DNA from: Thermodesulfovibrionia bacterium
Lineage (GTDB): Bacteria > Nitrospirota > Thermodesulfovibrionia > UBA6902
Assembly (NCBI GenBank): GCA_963699585.1
Contig: CAVOUK010000003.1
Location: 139,251 to 203,250 of the forward strand
Direction of reading: 5' to 3'
DNA: 64,000 bases
Shown here: positions 1 through 7,232 of the stretch, piece after piece
Position numbering within the stretch: the first letter of the stretch is position 1
How the letters are laid out: every line of letters begins with the position of its first letter
Notes under the pieces: generated by a model
Seen by the model: the letters and a program-made list of their open reading frames with translations, nothing else
Databases searched by the model: none
What the model was told of the DNA's origin: nothing
Program-made: the position numbers and the translations under genes

Positions 1-924
1 CGGAAACAGCTTATAGTACCAAAGCCTGTCAGAATCAACAGTATCGTATTTAATATGAAAAAAATATTGGACAGGATAATCGGGGAGGACATCGATTTTA
101 AAGTCATCCCCGCTGTTAATGACCTGATCATAAAGGTTGACAAAGGTCAGATAGAGCATGCGCTGATGAATCTTGCCACAAACGCACGGGATGCAATGCC
201 TGATGGGGGCTCATTAACTATAACTACCGAAGAAGTGGATATCGACGATAAGTTCATCCATATGCATCAGGAAGGCAGGATAGGCAAATATGCAGTTATT
301 ACGATTTCCGATACAGGCACGGGTATGGATGAAAATACAAAGGGAAATATTTTTGAACCTTTTTTCACTACAAAAGAAGTTGGCAAAGGCACAGGCCTTG
401 GACTTGCGATGGTATACGGGACCATCAAACAGCATAACGGCTTTATCAATGTTTACAGCGAGCCGGGAAAGGGAACAACCTTCAAAATCTATTTGCCGTT
501 AGCGGAATCCGGTGTGCAGCACAAGGAAAAGGAAGAAGTGACTTCTGTTTCTTCAGGCAATGAAACGGTCCTTTTAATTGAGGACGATCAGGCTGTCAGA
601 AGATCTATCAAGGCCCTGCTTGAGGAATTCGGGTATAAAGTAATAGAGGCTGCAGATGGTGATCAGGCAATTACGCTCTTCAGGAAAAACAAAGACTTTT
701 TGCAGCTTGTCATTTCAGATGTAATAATGCCCCGGCAGAGCGGAAAAGAAGTTTATGATGAGTTGAAGAAGATAAGACCTGATATAAAAGTACTTTTTAT
801 CAGCGGTTATTCTGCGGACATCCTTACTAAAAAGGGGATAGCGGGAGAAGGGATAAACTTTATATCAAAACCTATTCATCCGGAAATCTTTTTTAGAAAA
901 ATACGGGAGATCTTAGATAAATAA
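1..924 (+). CDS. hybrid sensor histidine kinase, C-terminal part (HATPase_c + receiver); 5' end lies outside the window
   Basis: Frame 1 is open from nt 1 (RKQLIVPKPVRINSIVFN precedes the first Met at 55). ATPase motifs NLATNARDAM, DTGTGMD and GTGLGLAMV are followed by a CheY-like receiver (LLIEDD, ISDVIMP, KVLFISGY). Confidence 0.85.
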   Translation, partial: RKQLIVPKPVRINSIVFNMKKILDRIIGEDIDFKVIPAVNDLIIKVDKGQIEHALMNLATNARDAMPDGGSLTITTEEVDIDDKFIHMHQEGRIGKYAVITISDTGTGMDENTKGNIFEPFFTTKEVGKGTGLGLAMVYGTIKQHNGFINVYSEPGKGTTFKIYLPLAESGVQHKEKEEVTSVSSGNETVLLIEDDQAVRRSIKALLEEFGYKVIEAADGDQAITLFRKNKDFLQLVISDVIMPRQSGKEVYDELKKIRPDIKVLFISGYSADILTKKGIAGEGINFISKPIHPEIFFRKIREILDK

Positions 925-974
925 ATCTAAGATTGGTTTGATGGTTAAAAACTGTTTAATTGGTTTTATTTGTT

Positions 975-1028
975 AACTAACTTAACCAATAAAACCAATA
1001 GAACTAATAAGACTAATAAAACTGATCC
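975..1028. repeat. about six tandem degenerate 9-bp units (AACCAATAA / AACCAATAG / AACTAATAA / GACTAATAA / AACTGATCC) next to a 12-bp AT-rich hairpin
   Basis: Read directly in the convergent spacer between the kinase and parB. ATTGGTTTTATT (959-970) pairs perfectly with AATAAAACCAAT (988-999) around a 17-nt loop. Confidence 0.6.
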
Positions 1029-1035
1029 TCCGACC

Positions 1036-1884
1036 TCAGCTTATCAAAAGCTCCAGAAGCCGGTCCAGTTCTTCAAGGGAATAATACTCAATCTCTATCC
1101 GTCCGCCTTTTTTGTTGGACCTGTGAATCAACCGGACTTTTGTACCGAGGCTGTGCATCATCTTTTCTTCGAGGGACGCTATCTGAGGATCTTTCCGTTG
1201 ATCGGGTTTTATTTGCGTGGTTTTTAAAGAAGGATTTTTTTTGCACAGATTTTCTGTTTCTCTGACACTGAGTCCCTGCTTGATGACCCTGCTTGCGATC
1301 TCTATCTGGATCTTCTGGTGTTCTACCTGTAGAAGCGCCTTTGCATGACCAATGCTTAATGTGCCTTCCGCGATCCATTTCTTGATCTCGAAGGGCAGTT
1401 TAAGTATCCTGAGATAATTGGTTACCGTGGCCCGGTCCTTGCCGACCTTTTTTGAAAGATCATCATGAGTGATGTTAAAGTCACTGATCAATCTCTGAAA
1501 TGCCTCTGCGGTTTCAAGCGGGTTCAGGTCTTCTCTCTGAATATTCTCAATGAGGGCCAGTTCAAGAGATTCCATAGGAGCTACATCCTTAACAATAGCC
1601 GGAATTCTGGAAATACCTGCAATTCTTGCGGCCCTCCATCTTCTTTCACCTGCGATAAGATGATATGAATTATCTGAAGCCTTTCTTACAATAACAGGCT
1701 GGATTATCCCTTTTTCCCGGATCGATGCTACAAGTTCGCTCAAGGCAGTGTCATTGAATACCTTTCTCGGCTGATACTCGTTCGGCACAATCGTATCTAT
1801 ATTAAGTTCAAGTATCTCTTTTGCCTTCCCCTTTTCTTTCTCAGGTATTAAAGCGGAAAGGCCTTTACCCAACGCCGGCTTCAT
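1036..1884 (-). CDS. parB: chromosome partitioning protein ParB
   Basis: 282 aa with KGLSALIP N-terminus, ParB box LIAGERRWRAA and an HTH region. Overlaps the parA stop by 20 nt. Confidence 0.92.
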   Translation of the reverse strand: MKPALGKGLSALIPEKEKGKAKEILELNIDTIVPNEYQPRKVFNDTALSELVASIREKGIIQPVIVRKASDNSYHLIAGERRWRAARIAGISRIPAIVKDVAPMESLELALIENIQREDLNPLETAEAFQRLISDFNITHDDLSKKVGKDRATVTNYLRILKLPFEIKKWIAEGTLSIGHAKALLQVEHQKIQIEIASRVIKQGLSVRETENLCKKNPSLKTTQIKPDQRKDPQIASLEEKMMHSLGTKVRLIHRSNKKGGRIEIEYYSLEELDRLLELLIS

Positions 1885-2638
1885 TATTTATTATCTCCTT
1901 TGCAAGTTCCAGATAACTCTGGGCCCCTTTTGAGCGGATGTCGTATAGTATAACAGGTTTTCCGTGGCTTGGGGCTTCAGCAAGAGTAATATTTCGGGGG
2001 ATGATCGTTTTATAAACCTTATCGCCAAAGTGTTTTTTTAACTCATCAGAGACCTGATTGGCAAGTGTATTCCTGCCGTCATACATTGTAAGCAGAATCC
2101 CCTCTATCTCAAGAGCAGGGTTGAATGAATCTTTTATCAGATTGAAGGTCCTTAGCAGCATACTGATTCCTTCGAGGGCATAATATTCGCACTGCATGGG
2201 TATTAGCAGACTGTCAGCGGCAACAAGGGCATTAAGTGTAAGAAGGCTGAGTGACGGAGGGCAATCTATGAAAATATAATCATACCGGTGCTTGACCGGT
2301 TTCAAGGCATTTCTCAGGATCGATTCTCTGCCTTCTTTTGCGGCAAGCTCAAGTTCAGCGCCTATCAGATCTATGTTGGACGGGACAATATTAAGAGAAG
2401 GGATGTTTGTCCCTGCGATAATTTCATCTATGGTCTTTGAGCCGGTGTATAGATCATAAAGGCTTCCGTCAAGGTTGTCTTTATCCAGACCCATGCCGCT
2501 GGTTGAGTTTCCCTGAGGGTCCGTGTCTACAAGCAGAACACTTTTTTCAGCAGCAGCTAATGATGCTGCTATATTGATGGCAGTGGTTGTTTTTCCAACG
2601 CCGCCCTTCTGGTTGGCTACGGCTGTTATTTTACCCAT
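1865..2638 (-). CDS. parA: chromosome partitioning ATPase ParA/Soj
   Basis: 257 aa with deviant Walker A NQKGGVGKTTT. Full-length ParA/Soj-like sequence directly upstream of parB. Confidence 0.93.
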   Translation of the reverse strand: MGKITAVANQKGGVGKTTTAINIAASLAAAEKSVLLVDTDPQGNSTSGMGLDKDNLDGSLYDLYTGSKTIDEIIAGTNIPSLNIVPSNIDLIGAELELAAKEGRESILRNALKPVKHRYDYIFIDCPPSLSLLTLNALVAADSLLIPMQCEYYALEGISMLLRTFNLIKDSFNPALEIEGILLTMYDGRNTLANQVSDELKKHFGDKVYKTIIPRNITLAEAPSHGKPVILYDIRSKGAQSYLELAKEIINNEAGVG

Positions 2639-2736
2639 AAAAATAATTTGAAATTGACAATTAAGAATTAATAATTGTGGAAGATAAAATTATAAAAAAT
2701 ACTTCCTTAATTTTGCATTTTTAATTTTGAATTTAT

Positions 2737-3927
2737 TTACGCTCCATCCTGAACAAACTTGAAGTCTTTCTTGATGGACATTTCCGCGCGTGCAAGTTCT
2801 TTTCCGAGATATGCAGCATGACTTAATTCAGTTACCCAATTATTTTCAATGATCGTAAAATAAAGGTCCCTGCTGTTTTTGCCTTCAATTTTTCTGAGAA
2901 GTTTGTTGTCGTATGAGTAGTGTTCAATCAGGATATTGCCATCCTTCTTTGAAGGAATAATTACAAAATAACCTGCCTTGTCCAGTTTTACGGATTTACT
3001 ATACTTTTTTGCTGTAATCCTTGGAACGGACAATAAAGGTTTAAGAAGCGGGATCGAAACTGTTGTTTTGACAGTCTGTTGATCATTGCATTCACAACTG
3101 CATCCACAGGCAGATACGGCTTTTGCCGGTGCTGCTGTCTGAGAAAGCTCCATTATTGATTTTGCGATCTTCCTGGTGTCTTCGCATCCGATCATGTCCC
3201 TGACCTTAATCTGCTTACGGAAGACATTTATGTCCGAATGCGAAACATTTTTCAGTATCGGACGCCTGCCTTTAGAGCCGATTACGCGCATATCCTTGTC
3301 CACTCCGTTCTCATAAAGCGCCAAAATGGTTTTTCCGCTCTGATGTCCTTCAGTGTCTTTACCTGTCAGTATCAGGAAGTTTATAGCAGGATTTGAGACG
3401 ATGTTCTTCACAATTTTATCAATACCGATATTCTCAGTTTCTGTCTTGCCGACAATACAGAGACCGGCTGGTTTAAGTTTTGCTAATTTCTCCTCAAGTT
3501 TAACGCTTGCAAGTGTGGAAACCGCTACAGGGGCCGATTTGTCCAACACCGTATATTCGCCTTCAACAGGCGGCCAGGAATTTTTGCTTATCTTAATTTC
3601 ACAACTTGACAGCGTTGATGACGCCAGAGACGGATATTTTGTTGTCAGCATAGTCATTGCTTCCGGCGGTATGCAATATTTACATCCAAAGCATGGATAC
3701 GCCTGAGGTTCGAGATGATTAAGCCATTCATTGACGTTTTGAAGAAGTTCCTGTGCATCTTTCATTTTTAATGACGGAAGAGATGCCTTGAGGTTACTCA
3801 AAGTGCCCCTCATGCAGCCGCACTTCCTGCATCTGGAAAGCTTCATGCCTCTCTGAATTTCTAAATGGACTTTCTTGAAAGTGGGATTCATTCTGCTATT
3901 ATGAGGGATGAGAGTGAAAAACTTCAA
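2737..3927 (-). CDS. MtrA-like (tetrahydromethanopterin S-methyltransferase subunit A-like) protein with Cys-rich N-terminus and DUF4346-like C-terminus
   Basis: The core VAVSTLAS...GKTETENIGIDKIVKNIVSNPAINFLILTGKDTEGHQSGKTILALYENG resembles MtrA, including the GH motif. Cys clusters are CRKCGC, CFGCKYC and CGCSCEC. The C-terminus KAGYFVI...IEHYS...WVTELSHAAYLGKEL resembles DUF4346. The true start may be the Met 12 codons downstream. Confidence 0.6.
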   Translation of the reverse strand: MKFFTLIPHNSRMNPTFKKVHLEIQRGMKLSRCRKCGCMRGTLSNLKASLPSLKMKDAQELLQNVNEWLNHLEPQAYPCFGCKYCIPPEAMTMLTTKYPSLASSTLSSCEIKISKNSWPPVEGEYTVLDKSAPVAVSTLASVKLEEKLAKLKPAGLCIVGKTETENIGIDKIVKNIVSNPAINFLILTGKDTEGHQSGKTILALYENGVDKDMRVIGSKGRRPILKNVSHSDINVFRKQIKVRDMIGCEDTRKIAKSIMELSQTAAPAKAVSACGCSCECNDQQTVKTTVSIPLLKPLLSVPRITAKKYSKSVKLDKAGYFVIIPSKKDGNILIEHYSYDNKLLRKIEGKNSRDLYFTIIENNWVTELSHAAYLGKELARAEMSIKKDFKFVQDGA

Positions 3928-4021
3928 TATGTATTAACAGATATTAACTGAGATTGCTTTATCGGAGTTTACTTTTAGCTGCATTTTATCATAGAATGTC
4001 ATGTCGAAATTTATTTATGCC

Positions 4022-4097
4022 GGGCCCATAGCTCAGTTGGTAGAGCTACCGGCTCATAACCGGTTGGTCCCAGGTTCGAGTCCTGGTGGGCCCACCA
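4022..4097 (+). tRNA. tRNA with anticodon CAU (Met by anticodon; features lean towards lysidine-type tRNA-Ile2), CCA encoded
   Basis: 76-nt cloverleaf: acceptor GGGCCCA/TGGGCCC, D arm GCTC/GAGC, anticodon arm ACCGG-CTCATAA-CCGGT, T arm CCAGG-TTCGAGT-CCTGG. It is not an initiator: G1-C72 is paired and there is no GGG/CCC anticodon stem. Confidence 0.9.
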
Positions 4098-4191
4098 ATA
4101 ATTTTGCTGAAAGCAGAATTGGAGCTTATGGTCATGAGTAAAGAACTAACAGTCGAAGATGAAAATCCCTTAACCTGTATCGGGGTGGAAG

Positions 4192-4899
4192 TTGAATGAA
4201 CAGTTAAAACTTTTAGTCGAGCTTCAGGCAATTGATACATCTATACTATCAATTGCCGAGAGGATTGAAGCACTTCCTGCTAAACTGGAAAAATTTAAAT
4301 CTCCGTTCAAAGAAGCAAACCTCTTACTTCAAAAGGCCAAGACACAACTTGAGTCTCTTGGGAAAAATAAAAAAGACAAAGAATCTGAGGCGGAGGAATT
4401 TCAGGAAAAGGTCAATAAGCTTAAATCAAAAAGTAAAGATGTTAAGACAAACAAGGAATATGAAGCCTTCCTGAAAGAGATTGAAGGATTTGAAAAGGAA
4501 AAGTATAAGATCGAGGACCAGGTCCTTTCTATAATGGAAAATCTGGAAACATTTACAAAAAATATTCAAAAAGAAGAGGCAAAGGTCAAGAAGACTGAGG
4601 AAGAGTTCAGGCAGCAGGAAAAAGAGATCGAGGAGGAAAAAACAAAACTGCATGCGGAGATGGAAACGTATAAATCAAAGAGAAAGGAATTTGTTGCAGG
4701 GATAGATGCAGATCTTTATGAGCAGTATATGAATCTCCTGAAATGGGCCGGGGGGTTGGCTGTGGTCCCTGCCAAAAATGAAGTTTGTCTGGGGTGCAAC
4801 ACGAATATCCCCCCGCAGCAATATAACGACATAAGAAAGAGCGATAGTATTTTTAACTGCTATTACTGCAAGAGAATCCTTTATTATAAAGAGCAATAA
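4192..4899 (+). CDS. COG1579/DUF164-type coiled-coil protein with C-terminal C4 zinc ribbon
   Basis: 235 aa. Long Lys/Glu coiled coil, then CLGCNTNIPPQ...FNCYYCKRILY. Confidence 0.75.
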   Translation: MNEQLKLLVELQAIDTSILSIAERIEALPAKLEKFKSPFKEANLLLQKAKTQLESLGKNKKDKESEAEEFQEKVNKLKSKSKDVKTNKEYEAFLKEIEGFEKEKYKIEDQVLSIMENLETFTKNIQKEEAKVKKTEEEFRQQEKEIEEEKTKLHAEMETYKSKRKEFVAGIDADLYEQYMNLLKWAGGLAVVPAKNEVCLGCNTNIPPQQYNDIRKSDSIFNCYYCKRILYYKEQ

Positions 4900-4941
4900 A
4901 GTCCTTTTTTATATAAAATTCACACCTTCCGGAAAATTCTT

Positions 4942-5415
4942 ATGACAACTGACGTTAATGATGAATTTCAGCAGAATCTATTTAATACCGGATATGCCGA
5001 AATGTTTTGCGACGGGGCATCCAGCGGAAACCCGGGCCATTCCGGAATAGGTGTTGTTATCAATCTTGATGATGAAGAGTTCCGGAGACTTGGCAATAAC
5101 AGAAGTTACAGGATCTCAGAATATATCGGGGTAGCTACCAATAATGTAGCTGAATATTCGGCGCTGTTAACAGGTCTTGAAAAATTAAAATCATTGGGTA
5201 TAAAAAAGACCAGAGTTTTTGTTGATTCCGAATTATTAGCAAGGCAGATAAATGGAATTTACAGGGTTAAACATGCTAATTTAATACCCCTTTGGACAAA
5301 GACGATGAATATTTTGAAAGGTTTTTCTCATTATACCGTGACCCATATCCCAAGAGAGATGAACAAAGAAGCAGATTCTCTTGCAAGACGTGCCTCTATC
5401 CAGAACAAGAGGTAA
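4942..5415 (+). CDS. rnhA: ribonuclease HI family protein
   Basis: 157 aa with CDGASSGNPGHSGIGVV, NNVAEYSALLTGL, VDSELL and NKEADSLA (the DEDD-type RNase H signature). The COG1579 + RNase H gene pair is a common conserved neighbourhood. Confidence 0.85.
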   Translation: MTTDVNDEFQQNLFNTGYAEMFCDGASSGNPGHSGIGVVINLDDEEFRRLGNNRSYRISEYIGVATNNVAEYSALLTGLEKLKSLGIKKTRVFVDSELLARQINGIYRVKHANLIPLWTKTMNILKGFSHYTVTHIPREMNKEADSLARRASIQNKR

Positions 5416-5700
5416 ATTAATATTTTTAAGGTCAAGTCATTTTTTAACTGGACAGAAGGCTATTTATTCTGTTATGATATTTTATCATTCGTTGAAAATC
5501 TATAAGTCAGATGTTCTATTGACTACATAGATTTACTTGCAATGTTCCTTTAAGTTTAGACGGTAATATATTGAATTATAAGATTATTTTTTAAAGTTTA
5601 GATAAGGAATAAAATAAGTCAAACAAATAAACATAAATCTGATTGCAGCGGCGGCGGTTGAAACCCCCTAATAATTAATCAGGCGTTAGCTTGATAAAAA

Positions 5701-5729
5701 AGGCGGTATATTGACCCCGCCTTTTTTTG
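5701..5729 (+). terminator. intrinsic terminator-like hairpin with no gene ending in front of it
   Basis: AGGCGG (5701-5706) pairs with CCGCCT (5717-5722) around a 10-nt loop, followed by a T7 run and preceded by an A run. It lies about 290 nt after the rnhA stop and 65 nt before the dedA ATG. Confidence 0.55.
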
Positions 5730-5736
5730 TGTAAAA

Positions 5737-5763
5737 TCACTTTACAATTTAGATCTAAAGTGA
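5737..5763 (+). promoter_or_regulatory. operator-like inverted repeat TCACTTTA-N11-TAAAGTGA just upstream of a TATACT -10-like hexamer (5767-5772)
   Basis: Perfect 8-bp arms read directly, 32 nt upstream of the dedA start codon. Confidence 0.3.
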
Positions 5764-5794
5764 AATTATACTGTAAAAATAAGAGGTTAACTTT

Positions 5795-6415
5795 ATGCAT
5801 GAATTGATCAATTGGCTTGTTAATACAATCGGCGCCCTCGGCTATCCGGGTATCTTTCTGCTTATGGCTATGGAAAGTTCGGTGATCCCGGTCCCAAGCG
5901 AACTGGTGATGCCGCCGGCAGGGTATCTTGCCCAGCAAGGCAAAATGCACATATGGATCGCCATTTTCTGGGGAACTGCTGGGAGCCTCGTAGGCGCTTA
6001 CGCTAACTATTTTGCCTCCCACTATCTCGGCAGGCCTCTTTTGCTTAAGTACGGCAAGTACGTATGGATAACAGAAGAAAAGTTTGCCAGGGTTGAAAAA
6101 TATTTCCATGATCATGGCGAGATATCTACATTCATCGGAAGATTACTTCCTGTGGTGAGGCACCTGATTTCACTCCCGGCAGGACTTGCCGGAATGAACC
6201 ACTTCAAGTTCTCTCTTTATACCCTGATGGGAGCAGGCATCTGGGTGACCATCCTCACCTACATCGGTTACTTCATCGGCGAAAACCAGGAACTTATCAT
6301 GAGCTATTCCCACCAGGCGCTTATAGGCGTGGTGCTTGTCAGCAGCATCATCGTTTATTTCTACATTCGGATACATAAAAAGAAAAGGCAGGCTGCTACC
6401 GTTACCAGGGATTAA
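5795..6415 (+). CDS. DedA family (SNARE-associated) inner membrane protein
   Basis: 206 aa with GYPGIFLLMAMESSVIPVPSE, FIGRLLPVVRHLISLPAG and multiple TM segments. Confidence 0.9.
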   Translation: MHELINWLVNTIGALGYPGIFLLMAMESSVIPVPSELVMPPAGYLAQQGKMHIWIAIFWGTAGSLVGAYANYFASHYLGRPLLLKYGKYVWITEEKFARVEKYFHDHGEISTFIGRLLPVVRHLISLPAGLAGMNHFKFSLYTLMGAGIWVTILTYIGYFIGENQELIMSYSHQALIGVVLVSSIIVYFYIRIHKKKRQAATVTRD

Positions 6416-6450
6416 GACGAATAGAAGTTTTCATTGCTCTTAATCCGCTT

Positions 6451-6645
6451 CTACGCCATTATCTTTTTTACGCGTCCAACATCCCCGCTTTCCAGGCGAA
6501 CTTTAATTCCATGCGTATGTGCGGGCGAGTTTGTAAGTATATCTTTTACAATTCCCTCTGTAAGTGCCCCGGTGCGCTGGTCTTTCTTCAATACTATTGA
6601 AACACGTAATCCCGGCCTTATATCAGAGCGTCTGGTCCCATCCAT
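6451..6645 (-). CDS. YwbE family (DUF2196) small protein
   Basis: RPGLRVSIVLKKDQRTGALTEGIVKDILTNSPAHTHGIKVRLESGDVGRV matches the YwbE signature. I start at the internal Met (MDGTRR), which gives about 64 aa and removes the overlap of ORF 6451..6714 with the upstream gene. Confidence 0.8.
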   Translation of the reverse strand: MDGTRRSDIRPGLRVSIVLKKDQRTGALTEGIVKDILTNSPAHTHGIKVRLESGDVGRVKKIMA

Positions 6646-6701
6646 AAACCATCTCCATCCTTTATGCTGTTTAGTATCAAAATGCAATGCCGACCATATT
6701 T

Positions 6702-7124
6702 TCAACCTTCCCACACCTCCGGCTGCATGCTGCCCATTGTTCCAAGTTCTATCCTGGACGGCTTGACGATCACTATGCAGTAAGCGGGGTCGTCAGGGCC
6801 GCTGAAATAATTCTTCAGCTCATCGAACCAGAATACGTGCCTTTCGCTCTTATCCGTTGAAACCTCCGCTTTTCCTTCAACCTGCAGCCAGTTCCTGGCG
6901 GTCTCAAGATCTGTTACTCCAAGGGAGATATGCACGTTGGGATTTTTCTTTATGTGCCTGATCTTCCTTGTATCAAGGCGTGAACAAAAGCGGAAGACCA
7001 GGTCGTTGTCGGCCTTTGCCATTACATAACGCACCCACGGCTTCCCGTCTTCTGTAACGGTTGCAATATTTACAAGCTGCAGTTCCTTAGCCGTCTCAAA
7101 TATCTTCTGTTTTAAATCGCTCAT
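6702..7124 (-). CDS. pyridoxamine 5'-phosphate oxidase-like (general stress protein 26-like) FMN-binding protein
   Basis: 140 aa. LVNIATVTEDGKPWVRYV...FCSRLDTRKIRHIKKNPNVHISL is typical of the PNPOx-like split-barrel family. Confidence 0.75.
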   Translation of the reverse strand: MSDLKQKIFETAKELQLVNIATVTEDGKPWVRYVMAKADNDLVFRFCSRLDTRKIRHIKKNPNVHISLGVTDLETARNWLQVEGKAEVSTDKSERHVFWFDELKNYFSGPDDPAYCIVIVKPSRIELGTMGSMQPEVWEG

Positions 7125-7175
7125 ATGATACCTCCATGTAAACGCAGCAATAATTTTGCTATAGCGCTCGCTTTC

Positions 7176-7218
7176 AAAAGAAAGAGCGCTGAAGAAAATA
7201 CTTGTTCTCAGCGCTCTT
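7176..7218 (-). terminator. intrinsic terminator of ppdK
   Basis: On the minus strand AGAGCGCTGAGAA pairs with TTCTTCAGCGCTCT and is followed by TTCTTTT, about 15 nt after the ppdK stop. Confidence 0.6.
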
Positions 7219-7232
7219 GAAATACAACTAAA

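Noticed and set aside
970-1227. ORF encoding MLTNLTNKTNRTNKTNKT... with a striking peptide repeat
   Set aside because: The repeat is just the translation of the 9-bp intergenic tandem repeat. The rest of the ORF is antisense to the well-supported parB gene.
5675-6115. 146-aa minus-strand ORF
   Set aside because: It runs antisense to dedA and straight through the terminator hairpin. It has no conserved features.
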